In this document: one piece after another, positions 47,476-59,506 of the stretch
Position numbering within the stretch: the stretch's first letter is position 1
How the letters are laid out: the number at the start of each line of letters is the position of its first letter
Origin: Perkinsela sp. CCAP 1560/9
Lineage: Eukaryota > Protista > Euglenozoa: Kinetoplastea
NCBI GenBank assembly: GCA_965644495.1
Contig: CBFFSA010000018.1
Span: 1-64,000 of the forward strand
Length of the DNA stretch: 64,000 bases
Direction of reading: 5' to 3'
The notes under the pieces: model-generated
Databases searched by the model: none
What the model saw: only the letters and a program-made list of their open reading frames with translations
What the model was told of the DNA's origin: nothing
Made by a program: the position numbers and the translations under genes

Positions 47476-49530
47476 TTACCTTTTCCTCGTTTTCCCATCA
47501 AACACACACTTTCGAATCCGTACGCTCTTCGGGGTAACCACCACGAGCTCCTCTGGTGTAATCCAACTCAACGCCTCCTCCAGACTCTTCTCCTCGTACC
47601 GAAACCCCACTTGCGTACGTCTCGCAGCATCCATAGCATTCGCACGGAAATTCGTCAGCTCTTTTTCCTTGGTAACATTTAACGGCAGATCGGTGGTTTG
47701 TTTCGCTGTGGTCTCCCCAATCACTTGACCATAAAACACGGCCGTCCCGGACCCAACAAAAAACACCCCATGTTCTTTATTTAAACTCAAAGCGTAGTTT
47801 GTGGTCGTTCCGTGATCGACCGAGACCAACGCATGGGTGGCTCGTCTCGTGGTGGCGTTTTTTAAACACGGACGGTACTCCGCAACTTCAGTTTGCACAA
47901 CCGCATCCCCCGCCGTGAGCCGTAGCACCCGGAGGTTTAAATCTCCCAAAAGTCGTGTGGCAATCTCACAGTGTTGCACGACACGATCCCCACGAATCAC
48001 CTCTGTTTCCCCGAGTTCTGCATGTCGTGAGGTAAGCAGCTGGGTGATAGCTGCCAAGTGCTCGACTTTAAACTCTAGGGAAAGACGCTCAAAAGGTTCA
48101 TGGGTGGTCCCATTGATTACCTTTGTAACCGTGTCCGGGGCCTGTAGTTCAAACTCATACCCGGCACGGCGCATGTCCTCGAGCAGGACACCAATATGGA
48201 GAAGTCCCCGACCTTGGAGTTGGATCGCATTCGAAGTACCGGGGAGCTCTGCGAGACGCAGTGCGGTGTTGTTCATGGCCTCCCGCTGGAGGTATTTGCG
48301 TAGATTCATAAATCGTGATTTATCCTTATCCTTAATCTCGGTTTCCTTCCAGGAGGCCCCCATCTCGCGGAGAATAAGGGTGTAGGTAGGGTCCTCGGGT
48401 TTGACATAAGGCCAGGGTACGATGTGTTCCTCGTGACACAGCGTGGCGCCAATTTCAAGAGGGAGTGACTTCCCTTTCGGCTCCGTGAGATGGACGATTG
48501 CGATGTCACCAAAACCCACATTCGGGACCTCAATGCGCTCTACTCCACGATACACCTCAATTTTCTTGACTTGGGCTTTTTCTTGAAGGTCGCCAAGCAC
48601 AACGGTGATGATTTGTTTCACAACTAAACTTCCAGCGAACACACGACCAATCGCCAGACGTGTCCCATCAGGAAGCACGTCCACATTTCCAACCAGCATA
48701 CGAAGCGGGGCGTCCTTGGCAGTGTCCGTCGGGGGTGGGATCACGTCATAAATCGCGTCAAAAAGCGGTTGGAGAGTTCCCTTCCCCCCGTTCTCCTCCG
48801 GTGTCGTATTCATGTACCCTGCACGTCCGGAGCCGTACAGCATGGTGAGATCCAGCTGGTCCGCATCCGTCGCTAAATCCAGAATCAGATCCTGAACCTG
48901 GTTCTCGGCCTTGGCAATGTCACAGTCCTCCATATCCATTTTATTAAACACCACAATCGGCTTTAACCTCAAGTCCAGGGCCTTGCGTAACACATACCGT
49001 GTCCCGGGCTTCACCCCCTCATGAGCATCCACAAGAAGAAGAAACCCCTCAACCATTTGAAGCGCACGTTCAACTTCCCCACCAAAATCTAAATGTCCAG
49101 GCGTATCCACAAGATTAATTCGATTTTCAACATGACTCACGGAAGAACAAGAAGAAGAAGAAATCGACGAAACCGACGTCACACCCCTCCCCCCCTCCCC
49201 CCTCCCCCCCGGGAGTGCGGGCAGCAACAAACTGGTGTGTTTCGCCAGGATCGTGATCCCGCGCTCCCTCTCCTGGTCCTTGCTGTCCATCACGCGGTTG
49301 CGGGCCTCCCGGAGGGTACCGCTGTGGCGCAGCATGGCGTCCACCAGGGTCGTCTTGCCGTGGTCGACGTGGGCGATGACCGCGAGGTTGCGGAAGTGGG
49401 GGCGCGAGAGAAGGGGGGAGGGGGCGGGGGCGGGGGCGGTGAGAAGGGGACGCGGGGGGGACTTGAGGAAGGAGGAGGGGGTGGGGGTGGGGGAGAGGGT
49501 GTGGAGGAGACGCCGGAGAGGGTGGAACAT
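47476..49530 (-). CDS. typA: TypA/BipA translational GTPase, probably mitochondrial
   Basis: [58 protein letters not shown]...[15 protein letters not shown]. Presequence-like start MFHPLRRLL. Confidence 0.93.
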   Translation of the reverse strand: MFHPLRRLLHTLSPTPTPSSFLKSPPRPLLTAPAPAPSPLLSRPHFRNLAVIAHVDHGKTTLVDAMLRHSGTLREARNRVMDSKDQERERGITILAKHTSLLLPALPGGRGEGGRGVTSVSSISSSSCSSVSHVENRINLVDTPGHLDFGGEVERALQMVEGFLLLVDAHEGVKPGTRYVLRKALDLRLKPIVVFNKMDMEDCDIAKAENQVQDLILDLATDADQLDLTMLYGSGRAGYMNTTPEENGGKGTLQPLFDAIYDVIPPPTDTAKDAPLRMLVGNVDVLPDGTRLAIGRVFAGSLVVKQIITVVLGDLQEKAQVKKIEVYRGVERIEVPNVGFGDIAIVHLTEPKGKSLPLEIGATLCHEEHIVPWPYVKPEDPTYTLILREMGASWKETEIKDKDKSRFMNLRKYLQREAMNNTALRLAELPGTSNAIQLQGRGLLHIGVLLEDMRRAGYEFELQAPDTVTKVINGTTHEPFERLSLEFKVEHLAAITQLLTSRHAELGETEVIRGDRVVQHCEIATRLLGDLNLRVLRLTAGDAVVQTEVAEYRPCLKNATTRRATHALVSVDHGTTTNYALSLNKEHGVFFVGSGTAVFYGQVIGETTAKQTTDLPLNVTKEKELTNFRANAMDAARRTQVGFRYEEKSLEEALSWITPEELVVVTPKSVRIRKCVFDGKTRKR

Positions 49531-50003
49531 GGGATGGGGGGGAGAGGGATGAGGGAAGGGAAGGGTGGTGAAGAAAATGGTTTTTTTATGATATAAAGTT
49601 GAGTTTTTTGGGTTTAGGTGTTGTAGGGTTTGTGTTGATTTGAAATGGGTTGTAGAATTTAATCCTTTTGTTTCTATCCTTTTTGTGAAACTTTTACTAA
49701 AATAAAACATAACTTTAAAGTTATTTTTTGAAAGGTTGATTTTTGCAAAGAGAAGGAGGAAAATGGGGACAAGGAAGAGGATGTGAGATGCGGTGAGATT
49801 TTGTAGAGGGTACACTTCATTTCAACAACCTTTAGTAGGATTCAAAGTTTTTGTCGATCGCGTAAAGTTTCACAGGAACTCAAAGGACGTAAAAAAGAAA
49901 GCAGTGAGAACAGTTCAGGACTGGGAACGCACCATGCTATCCCGAAAGGTACTTTCGAAGCAGTGCCATTTTTTTATGTTTGACGACAAAACGAACTACG
50001 CGA

Positions 50004-50636
50004 TCACATGACTGAACACTCCTTTGATTCACAGCGTCGGAAACAGTCACGGTCAAAAGCAAGTTCTGTTTTGCATTGTGGCCTTTGGTCAGAGTCCACG
50101 AACCTTAGAGCTGGATTTCCGTCTACACTAAAATACTCTACACTCCCCAGAAGCTGTGACAACACAACAGGACCTCTAAATGCATTGTTTTTTACACTAA
50201 AATAGCGCACCGTAGTGGGTATATCGGCAAAGTGCAACGTTCCATAAAAAAGATTATCTGCCACGTCAAATACTTCTAAATTCGCCGGTAGCTGCCGCAG
50301 AGACAACTCCCCTGTCAGTCGATTTTCCGCTAGAAAAATTTCGCGAAGCGTATCGGGGAGGTGCTCCCATTTCAACACACCGCGAAGATTGCGGTGTTGC
50401 CATGAAATAATATCGACTTCATAAAAAAGATCCTGAAGGGATCGTAACATGCGACGTCTCTCCGCCCCCGTGTGACACAGGATTCCATTCCACTCACATG
50501 CGGGAGTGTTTGTTTCCCAACTGGGATGAGGGCTTTCGATGTGTTGCGTCAACTGTGAGAGTTGATACTCCGGGGGGAGAGAGGCAGTGCTGGCACCCCC
50601 TAGCGTGGAGACCTCATCTGGATCAAAGGTATTCAT
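50004..50636 (-). CDS. Leucine-rich repeat protein
   Basis: LPPEYQL...PHPSW...WNGILC cap followed by LRRs. Confidence 0.85.
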   Translation of the reverse strand: MNTFDPDEVSTLGGASTASLPPEYQLSQLTQHIESPHPSWETNTPACEWNGILCHTGAERRRMLRSLQDLFYEVDIISWQHRNLRGVLKWEHLPDTLREIFLAENRLTGELSLRQLPANLEVFDVADNLFYGTLHFADIPTTVRYFSVKNNAFRGPVVLSQLLGSVEYFSVDGNPALRFVDSDQRPQCKTELAFDRDCFRRCESKECSVM

Positions 50637-51023
50637 AGATATTTTAGTGGCGTAGACGACACGCTATTTGCATCGGTAAAGATAAATCTATGATGCAGAG
50701 TGACAAAAAATGAGTTGATTCATATCGGAAAGTATGTGGGCAGTACCTAGCACATGTAGACTGTACCCAGCCGAACTAGGGGCTCGGGGGACAAAAACGC
50801 TTTCGTGATAAATGATAAACGCTTTCGTGAAAGTATTTTACATCGTGTGGAACCAATAGTGCATTTGAATACGAAGTAGGGAGCACAAACATCAGCTCAC
50901 CCAACGAGCTTCTATCACAGTACGTGACAGTTGCTCGCTCTCTGATCACCTAAAGGCAAGAAAAGAGAGCATAAAAAAACAAATCCTACCTAGGGACCGT
51001 GTTCAATTAAGTTCCAAAACAAG

Positions 51024-51377
51024 TCACCTCTGTGACTGTAGTAATTTATCCCTGGCCTCATTCATCTTTTTGTTTAGGTATACCGAACCGCCCAAGTCGG
51101 TGTGATGTATTGCAACAAGTGAACGGTGCGCTTTTCGTATCTCCTCAGTAGTTGGGCAGTCGTCAGAAGAAAAACCTAAAATGAGTTTTGCCTCTGATAA
51201 ACTCATGGTAGGTAAAAAACCGGGACCGAAATACCTTTTGTATCCAACTGCACTCGGGTGAGAAAGCAACGATTTGGGCGAATTCCCCAAAGAGTGAACT
51301 AGATGGGGAAACGCACGACGCAGCTGGTAGAACGCCACCCCTACACCTACGAAGGCAAACACCAGAGGAAGAGGCAT
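51024..51377 (-). CDS. Pam18/Tim14-like mitochondrial J-domain protein
   Basis: N-terminal TM, GFLPTMSLSEAKLILG, IRKAHRSL...HHTDLGGSVYLNKKMNEARDKL. Confidence 0.85.
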   Translation of the reverse strand: MPLPLVFAFVGVGVAFYQLRRAFPHLVHSLGNSPKSLLSHPSAVGYKRYFGPGFLPTMSLSEAKLILGFSSDDCPTTEEIRKAHRSLVAIHHTDLGGSVYLNKKMNEARDKLLQSQR

Positions 51378-51591
51378 TCTATTGGGCCTATCTTAAAGAA
51401 ATTCAAAAGCATGGGAATAGAACAACTATGCTTTCAAGAATGAAAAACTCCGACCGGTAGGTCTTGAAGATAGAAGAAAAAGCAATTATTTGAAAGCAAA
51501 AAAAGCAACATTAAAAAACTGAAAAAAAGGAACCCAATCAAAGGAAAACAGACTTCGTCTTACTCTATTTATGTATTTAAAGCATTTCACT

Positions 51592-52167
51592 TTAGACCCT
51601 TTTAATTTCTGTTTCAGTGGTAAACCAATACCGTAGCGTTGATGGAATGCTATGTACGGCGATTTCCCCTCGTAAACCAGCATTCCCACTGAGATCAAAA
51701 CACATCAAAGATCGTTCTCGAAAAAGCGCCACGAAATCGACCTCCCCACTGAATAGATTTCGAGGCAAATAAAGATACTCAAGCGTTTTCGGCAGCAGGT
51801 CACAGTCCACACTGCCTGAGAACCGATTGCTGGCCAAATCAAGCACGCTCAATTTCGGAGGAAGAAATCCCCAATCGACGGTTCCGTAGAACGCGTTGTT
51901 GTTAAGTGTAAGAGAGAGTAAAGTTTGGGGAATATGCTGCCATCCGAGTGTGCCTTGTTTTTGCATCCCGGCCCAATTTACAGTAGTAATGTCACCAGAG
52001 GTGCAATACACTCCATGCCACCGAAACGCCTTGTTGTGGTCCGACCATGAGGGGTGGGGATCTGAAATATTGGCAATGAATCCCAAAAGTTTGTATTCCG
52101 ATGGGATGGGTGCACCGCGAACTTTCGAACCACGGGGGCGGTCCGAGCAGAGGGCGGAGAAGGGCAT
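51592..52167 (-). CDS. Leucine-rich repeat protein
   Basis: KVRGAPIPSEYKL...PHPSW...WHGVYC cap followed by LRRs. Confidence 0.87.
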   Translation of the reverse strand: MPFSALCSDRPRGSKVRGAPIPSEYKLLGFIANISDPHPSWSDHNKAFRWHGVYCTSGDITTVNWAGMQKQGTLGWQHIPQTLLSLTLNNNAFYGTVDWGFLPPKLSVLDLASNRFSGSVDCDLLPKTLEYLYLPRNLFSGEVDFVALFRERSLMCFDLSGNAGLRGEIAVHSIPSTLRYWFTTETEIKRV

Positions 52168-52263
52168 CTGATATATTGCGTGAGAGACAAAAATGATTTT
52201 TTATGGAGCGAGAAAAACGGTGTTATGCGAGTGCATACTGACAAAGTATTAGATTACAGACAC

Positions 52264-53170
52264 AATTTTCTTTTTTAGGCTCTTCGTTAAACGCGGTGGT
52301 TGCTTTCAACTTAGAAGTCACTCATGCTGCGCGCTTCGCGTTGAAAACTACCGCCGCGTTTAACGAAGAGCCTAAAAAAGAAAATTTAGCCTGGAAAACG
52401 GAAAGATTATAGCCAAAAATAGCCGAATTTCGGGTACAAATGGGGTCATTTTCGCATATTTTTGCTCTCAGAACACTAAATCCGACATTTGCGCGTGGGA
52501 AATCACTCGCAGGCATGAATGGAAGCCTACCGAACGTATTGGGTAGAGAATGCGACTCCAACCATACCATTCTTTCGACACAAAAATGCCCCTTTAGGTC
52601 CGAAAAATACTTTTTCACCTTTTTTAGTCAAAAATGGGTCATTTTGGGGGGCGCACCACAGTTCGAAGAAGTGATACCTTGCGAAAACAACTGCGTAGAA
52701 AGCTAGTGTAGGTCCCAAACTATCAAAATACAATAGGGGAAACGATTTTGGAAAAATATTTTTTTTGTCATTTTTTTCGCCAAGTTGAAATTTTTTTCAA
52801 AATTTTTTTTCCGAAAAAATCCGAACTTGGCGGACCCGTCCTGCGGATACGCGGGGGGGTCACCCCCGGGTAGGGGGGTGGAAAATGCGCGCCAAGACCC
52901 CGGCTACCCTTTCTGCGGTTTTTTTTCGAAAACTAATTTTTTCGAAAAAATTTGCTCGACCATACCCCCCCCCCTGGACCCCCCCCCTGGACCCCCCCCA
53001 TGGACCCCCCATTTTTTTCAAATTTTTTTTTCAGTTTTGGACCACCGGAGCCCCCTTTTATATTTTTTTCTTCTATTATATTACTGTGTTCCCCTTTATA
53101 TTTTCACTGTTTTTGTTCACTTTTTTTTCAATAATCGAGTGTAGAGCGGTAGTTTTACAACCACCGCAAT
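52264..53170. mobile_element. Full-length solo copy (~900 bp) of a non-autonomous Helitron2/HINE-like element
   Basis: Long palindrome at 52264-52386, short hairpin gcggtagttttacaaccaccgc at the other end, asymmetric inverted motif gcggtggttg/caaccaccgc, AT-rich flanks and no evident TSD. Confidence 0.75.
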
Positions 53171-53506
53171 AATTACTCCATAATTACTTATGGAGGGGGG
53201 ACTAACATGCCCGCGGGGCATGTTATAGTGCTACAGCCATGTTAACCCCTACCCTTGTCTACAAGAAAGAGTATGAAATTCGTGAAACTAAAAATGTACC
53301 ATTGGCTACATGAGGGGCTACGGGTAGCGAGGTTTCACTATGTTTCACCGAGGTTTCGCGAGGGTCACCCACATCCCTTCACTGGACTATCAAAAGGGCT
53401 TGTTGGCTAAAAAAGAGCTCCGAAAAATGAAAGGCAAAAAAATTGACGTCCCACTCTTTTTGTTGTCGTCTCAACGGATAGAACTCCAACAAACGGTGTT
53501 TTAGCT

Positions 53507-54940
53507 TTAGTACTTCATGTATCCTTCAACCAAGGAGTCCGAGGCTATGCCCCGAGCCAGTAGGGAAGCGAACACGGCAGCAAAAGATTCGAAAAAAGAC
53601 ACCTCATCTCTGGAAAACTTTTCTACCCACGAACGTGGAAGGGCGTAGGAGAGCAATAAAAGCTCAGCACCGTAAGGCGACGACTGAAGGGATTGACTCT
53701 TCAAAAACGAAAAGAACTCAGGGTTTCCAGGTTTATCGTGCCAGACAGACCAAATTTTGGACTCGCTCGTACTATTCTGTTGAGTTCTCTGGCCAATAAA
53801 CTCTTCGAGAAGACGTGATTTTTTCCAGAGCCACATAAAATAGTGATTGCTAAAAGCACCATGGAGTTCTCCAGTTTTATTCTTTCGCTTCTCCTCGATT
53901 AGCTTCGGGACGTAAGAAGAAGTATGAGCAAAGTTGATTATACGACAACCCCCGAGAAGAGCGACGAGATCACGCACGGATAAAGTGTCTGAACGAAGTA
54001 CGCGGGGCAAAGGCACGTGTGAGGTAGTGACCGACTTTTCTGCAATGTTATGAAACTTTGGAAAGAGTAGTCTCAATACAAGAACCCGGAATTCTTCAAC
54101 GGTGAGCGGAGGAGATCTCGAAACGTAACGTCTAGAATCGGTAACTACCGCAATTACCTTCCAAACAAAAGTCATATCACGTAAAAAAGGATTCTGATTC
54201 ACCAATACATGTTCTCGAGCCTCTTCCGACAAGCGCCCAGAAGAGCGAGTGGGCAAATAACTACATATGGAACGATAAAAACGGCAACTATGATCTTGCC
54301 ACGATTCTTCAAATGATGCCGTCATTTCCGTGCTATTGCAATCTTTTCTCCCAAACAGTGGCTTCAGGGAGGGACCGCCGAGCTCCTCCAGAACCACACA
54401 CGCGGCCAGCGCCAACAAATCCGATTCTGAGACAGGCTTAGAGAAACGATACAGACGTGCCCACGAAGAGCGTTGATCCGCATTTTCCACAACCTTACGT
54501 AGCACTCGCCGAGCTTCCTCCCACCTACACGGAACATCACTCCGAGAAAACAAAGTGTTGTCAAATTTTCCAGAAGGTGTCGTGAGAGCATGCCAAAGAA
54601 GAAGTTCCCAAAGATCGGCATACGAAACAGCAGCTTGTTTTTTATTTTCTTCTCCTTTTTCTATTTCTTCTCCTTTCTCTTTTCCTCCTTGTTGCATCAC
54701 TCTCTGTTGTAGCTGAGTGGTTACCGCGCGGTGAAGGTTTCCTGGGCTCACGTGCCCAGTGGTATCAAACAGGTGAATATGGGCTTGTCGCACAGCGTAG
54801 AGAGTACCAAAGCTCATGACCGCAGTAGAGCACAGGTAGACGGGAAAACGTAAGCGGACATGCCAGGGATCTCGAGGACGGGCGTTCGATTTGTGGGCAT
54901 TGGAGGAGCGGGAAAGGAAGGGGGAGAGGAGACGCCACAT
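53507..54940 (-). CDS. Class I heme-peroxidase-like (APX/CcP fold) protein, likely non-catalytic
   Basis: LLWH, SESDLLALAACVVLEELGGP...GRKD, DLVALLGG, FSNHYF, WVEKFSRDEVSFFESFA. Confidence 0.75.
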   Translation of the reverse strand: MWRLLSPFLSRSSNAHKSNARPRDPWHVRLRFPVYLCSTAVMSFGTLYAVRQAHIHLFDTTGHVSPGNLHRAVTTQLQQRVMQQGGKEKGEEIEKGEENKKQAAVSYADLWELLLWHALTTPSGKFDNTLFSRSDVPCRWEEARRVLRKVVENADQRSSWARLYRFSKPVSESDLLALAACVVLEELGGPSLKPLFGRKDCNSTEMTASFEESWQDHSCRFYRSICSYLPTRSSGRLSEEAREHVLVNQNPFLRDMTFVWKVIAVVTDSRRYVSRSPPLTVEEFRVLVLRLLFPKFHNIAEKSVTTSHVPLPRVLRSDTLSVRDLVALLGGCRIINFAHTSSYVPKLIEEKRKNKTGELHGAFSNHYFMWLWKKSRLLEEFIGQRTQQNSTSESKIWSVWHDKPGNPEFFSFLKSQSLQSSPYGAELLLLSYALPRSWVEKFSRDEVSFFESFAAVFASLLARGIASDSLVEGYMKY

Positions 54941-56205
54941 GAAGAGGGGAGAGAGAGGGGGGAAATAAGTATGGGATTCGATGGTAAAAAATAGTTTCGT
55001 AGAGGGGAGCAGGATTTTTTATGATTAAGCGTAGACGCTTTTCAATGCCGAAAATTGTCATTCTGCGACGGAGAATTGCTGTAACGTCAAAAAATAGAAA
55101 TAAATCAGTGTTCAGTTTGTCGTGAATTTCTCCTCTCTATGTTCACTTTACCCGATGACACCCTGAGGAAGGCGAACGAATCAGAATTGTTTAAGAGGCG
55201 AATAATCTCTTCGGTGCTCTGGTCCGCTTTTCGCAATCACTATTTGGAATACACCTCGTGCAAGGACTACAAATGGAATCCAGCGGTCCATGCTTTCGCG
55301 TGGTCTGGTGATGCAATGGACCTCATGCACACCGCCACAGCAAGCCAGTGCCAACTTGTGCCAGCCAGTGCAAGCCACAACGGCCATTTTTCTAGGGGAC
55401 CGGAAATGGTTGACTGGCGGAACGTGTTTTTTTTGTGGCCTGTGACTCAACATGGGGTGATAAAATAAAAAATTCTGTGCCAGCCAGTGTCAATCTGTGC
55501 CAGCCAGTGCCAGTCACACTTGCATGAGCTCCAATATCAGACACGACATTTTTTTAAGTACCTCCGAAACTGCTTGGCGCTACTTATTCAGGTCACTTGT
55601 AATATCTGAGTATGATTCTTTGTCGCCCATAATTATGGGATTCCCATGACATACAAGGGTGTCAACCCTAGGCAAACGCTTAGGAGACGGACTGATCACG
55701 TCACCAGTGGCCTTGTAGCGCTCCACCTAGAGCTTAACAGTTCCCTCGTGGACCCCAAAATTTTGGGCTGTGCTAGAATATGAGTTAGTTTTCTCGTAGT
55801 CCGCCACAAAAAGCATCCTGTGGATTTCCTTCGTCTTCCCTGGTGACGAGTAGGACCGCACGCTCAAAACGCCACGGGAAGTTCTTGAGGGAACTCGCTT
55901 CTGATTTTTTCTCTTTTGATAAAATAGGGCGACATTTTGAAAAAAATGTGTGAAATCTCTGCCCAGGAACTATCAACACAAGACCATACGTTGCAAAGCA
56001 ATTGCTTGGAGCAACGGATCGGAGGTTGACTCTCTCCTGTGCATTAGGGCTCTTAATATAAACTAGATACCGTAGAGCTATCAATAGCATAGGAAAAGAG
56101 TTACAAAATCTGAAATGATGCGACCTATATAACACGTTGCTAGAGGCTTCAATTCCAAACCAGATTTCGTTACCAAAATTCCGCTGAATACTCCTTCTTT
56201 CAACT

Positions 56206-57678
56206 CTAGGAAATAAAGTCACCCAAATGTCTCAGCCAAGCCTCATACTCTTCTTGCTCGTGCCACGCAATTTGCTGAGTAAGAAAAATGGCAAAATCCT
56301 CGTCAATTCCTCGAACACGAAGAAACCGCTGAAGTTGGTCATACATTTTCGGATCCATGTCCTCCAAAGGCTGTGGGCCTTTAAAACTAAGCTGTCTTTC
56401 CTCTGGTGTGAGTAGCGCATCTGTGGTGCGCGAAGACAAACCGGAAGCATCGGAGGAATTCTCCTCCCCCCTCTCTGTTGTGTCCTCATACGAAATGGAC
56501 CGACCCGAAACGGACCCACCTCGTACCGTTTCCATCGATCCTCTTCTTTCTCCCACAATCGTATCCGAATCCTCTAGGCGCTGTGTTGCTTCCAAACCCT
56601 CCTTGGTCTGCTGCCCCGAACACCCTATTTTTTCAACCCCCGAACCTCCATTTACCCCCCGGCGTCGCACCACCACATCATCCACAATACACTCCCCCTC
56701 GACGACATCCATACTGAGCTCCATCACGTATTCCTTTGTCTTTTCTATCCGAAGCACAAACGGATAATGCCGTGGCTTGGGACCTTGTTCCGTATCCAGA
56801 ATCGGTTCTATCCGACTCACCGCCGTGGTTACCCTATGCAACTCGGTTTCATTTTTTTCATCCTCAGAGCTCCCACGTGTCTTATCCTTTCGATGGCCGT
56901 CTTGAGCTTTGTCACAACTTTCTTCTTTACTCTCTTTTTCACAAGCTTCTTCTTTCTTCTCCTTTTCACAATCTTCTTCTCTATTCTTTTTCTTCATCTT
57001 TACAAACTCACGTGTCATGACAATTGCGTTGTGCCCCCCGCTGTGCTGCACACGCCACTTTTGCTGTCCCCCGGGCAGGGGGAGCGGGGGGGGCTTGTCC
57101 GTGCGCGCTGCCTCCTCCTCGTGGATCTCGCGCTCGAGACAGGCACGCAGGTTGGCTGCGGTTTGGGCGAAACTGGAGAGGGCGCGGGGGGCGTGGTGGT
57201 CCCCGAGCTCACGCTGCCCGGGGGAGAGGGGAGGGGGGGCGTTCAGGGGCGTGTCGGGGAGAGAGGAGGAAGAAGAAAAAGAAGAAGAAGAAGAACTTGG
57301 ATTAAAATTCATCCCCGATGGAGGAGAGGCCGTTTCTTGTGGGGATGATGGTGAAGAGGAGGAAGAGGATGATGCAGAAGAAAAGGCTGAAGATGAGGAT
57401 GGGTGAGATGGCGAATTTAAACCGTTGGGGGTTTTCGAGGTAAATCGGCCGGAGTTGTGAGGGGGAAGATGGGAGGAGGGTGTAGGGGTTGTGTTGGAGG
57501 GGGTTTGGGGATCTTCGTGGGAGCTGCTGATGATGGGACCAAGGGTGGAGTAGGTTCGGGTGAGGGGGGGTGGGTGGAAAGGGGGAACCGTGGAAGGGGT
57601 GCGTTTTGCGAGGGGGTGGGGAAAGGAGCCGCGTAGGAGACTACCGGGGCGGCGGGTGTAGATCGTCACAAGGGTCAT
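56206..57678 (-). CDS. Mitochondrial glycoprotein family (MAM33/gC1qR/p22-like)
   Basis: C-terminal FKGP..LEDMDPKMYDQLQRFLRVRGIDEDFAIFL...HEQEEYEAWLRHLGDFI; presequence-like N-terminus. Confidence 0.87.
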   Translation of the reverse strand: MTLVTIYTRRPGSLLRGSFPHPLAKRTPSTVPPFHPPPLTRTYSTLGPIISSSHEDPQTPSNTTPTPSSHLPPHNSGRFTSKTPNGLNSPSHPSSSSAFSSASSSSSSSPSSPQETASPPSGMNFNPSSSSSSFSSSSSLPDTPLNAPPPLSPGQRELGDHHAPRALSSFAQTAANLRACLEREIHEEEAARTDKPPPLPLPGGQQKWRVQHSGGHNAIVMTREFVKMKKKNREEDCEKEKKEEACEKESKEESCDKAQDGHRKDKTRGSSEDEKNETELHRVTTAVSRIEPILDTEQGPKPRHYPFVLRIEKTKEYVMELSMDVVEGECIVDDVVVRRRGVNGGSGVEKIGCSGQQTKEGLEATQRLEDSDTIVGERRGSMETVRGGSVSGRSISYEDTTERGEENSSDASGLSSRTTDALLTPEERQLSFKGPQPLEDMDPKMYDQLQRFLRVRGIDEDFAIFLTQQIAWHEQEEYEAWLRHLGDFIS

Positions 57679-57982
57679 TTATGTTTTGAAAATGCACCTG
57701 GGTGAAATGCATGTACGGAAACGCTTTTATTCAGTATTGTATTTTAGAAAAAGTGCTCGAATAGAAGTTTACCGAACGAAACAAAAGAGTGACCGAAACA
57801 TAAATTTTAACTTTCTATGATCAAAAAAGCTGGACAGCTTTCGTGTTATGCGTGAATATCAAAAGATGTATTTGACTTGAGGTACGTTGAAGCAAATGAA
57901 ATGTATGCCCTGCAATTGATTCGTGGTAACGAATATACTGTATTCAATGAGGAAAGCGAAAAAAAGACCGCAGACGCCCTAT

Positions 57983-58201
57983 TTAGTTTTTTACCTTTTT
58001 TTCTCGCCAACATGTGGCGCAAACATTGTTCTGCACTTCTGGATCCCGAACGCTGGCAACCGCTTTCCGACAAATATGACATATTAATCGTGAAGCAATG
58101 AGATAGTCTGACCAGCATGAAGAACAATACGATTTCTCAGTTTTTTGATCGGCGACGCAATCTACGTCGGATTGACGACAATCAGAGCACACAGTGGACA
58201 T
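57983..58201 (-). CDS. Small Cys-rich protein with four CxxC pairs
   Basis: CSDC, CSSCW, CHIC, CATCW in 72 aa; lies on the coding strand of the gene cluster. Confidence 0.5.
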   Translation of the reverse strand: MSTVCSDCRQSDVDCVADQKTEKSYCSSCWSDYLIASRLICHICRKAVASVRDPEVQNNVCATCWREKKVKN

Positions 58202-58479
58202 AAAACAATTGCTGCGAACAGAGTAGTAAGATATTTACTTTTGAGTATCATACAATAAGCTAAGGATGCCATCAAGAGCAAATAAACGTTAATTTGTTTT
58301 CAAAGTTAAGATGAAATGTATGTTACGGTTCTCGAAAAGAAACGAGTCCGATTAAAATGTAATCCAGAAATCACTCTAAAAAACGTATGATTAAAATGGG
58401 AACAGAATTAACCCAAAGACAGGAGAAAAGACACGCAGTGAGCCCTAGTATGTACACAACGTGTGGGCTACGTTGGTGA

Positions 58480-59142
58480 TCAGTTCAGCACTAAAATTTT
58501 TGTACCAACAAACGACTTGTACCTCATTTTTGATAGTAAGCGTGCGTGCACTGTACCCGTAAGCTCGGCGTTTTTACGAAGCGAAAGGTTTCGCATTCGA
58601 GAAGGCAGATTGACAAGCGTTACATCACCACACAATTTATTCATTGACAGTATCAACGAAAATAAGGTTGCAGGAAGATGACAAAGGTCAATACTACCCA
58701 TAAATTGATTATACGACGCGTTCAGGGAACCCAATCGCGGTGGAAGGCTTACGAGGTCTAATCCCCCGCTAAGCTTGTTGTTGTGCACTGAGAATTTAAG
58801 TAGAGATCTAGGCAGTGCACTCCATTGAAATGAACCCATCAATCTTTTGCATTTCACCACAAACCCCAAGATTTTCCCTTCGCCAGAACAATCGACCCCT
58901 TCCCACTGGTGTGCAGGTACGGAGGCGTTCCATGAAGGAAGCGGATTCACTATGTTACTTACCAAACGCTCAAGCTCGTACTCTACAGGAAATAGTGCAC
59001 CTCTTACTTTTCCCGTTTTCCGGCTTTCATCCGCTATGTCAGAGAACTCGAATGCTTCGGGATGATAAGAGAGATGTCTTGAACCGGTCACACGATCTGA
59101 GACCATAACACAGGTTGTTATAAATTTAGAAGCTACTGTCAC
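58480..59142 (-). CDS. Leucine-rich repeat protein (start uncertain)
   Basis: KVRGALFPVEYEL...PLPSW...WEGVDC cap followed by LRRs. Confidence 0.85.
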   Translation of the reverse strand: MTVASKFITTCVMVSDRVTGSRHLSYHPEAFEFSDIADESRKTGKVRGALFPVEYELERLVSNIVNPLPSWNASVPAHQWEGVDCSGEGKILGFVVKCKRLMGSFQWSALPRSLLKFSVHNNKLSGGLDLVSLPPRLGSLNASYNQFMGSIDLCHLPATLFSLILSMNKLCGDVTLVNLPSRMRNLSLRKNAELTGTVHARLLSKMRYKSFVGTKILVLN

Positions 59143-59506
59143 TGCTAACTAATAGATTCTACTATGATAACGGGTTATACTACGTGTATGTCCCTATTTA
59201 AGTCAGTTCAGTTTACCATATCCCCCAACTACTAAGGTATAGCTATATTACGAAGGTATACAAAAGTAGGTAATAAAAAATCTCAATTTTCCTCAAAAGC
59301 GATACTGAAAAAACTCTTTTATTCCCCTGCAAAATAGTACAGAAAAACAAGCTCCATTCATGGCGTTAAAATTTTGTATTAAAAAGTTTTACCAACCTCC
59401 TAACAAGATAATATCGATCGTTAGGGGACCGAAGACGCTGATGGGATAAAACTAGTCAGAGGAGAGCACAGGTTAGAATAGAAAGCTTGGAATCAAAGTC
59501 CCTACG

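Noticed and set aside
47476-49815. TypA as recent bacterial HGT, and the 779-aa extended start
   Set aside because: Organellar TypA is common in eukaryotes. The upstream extension is low-complexity UTR-like sequence from a non-ATG start.
55139-56222. ORFs 55139-55468 and 55785-56222 and gccagccagtg repeats
   Set aside because: No recognisable domain or termini; insufficient support.
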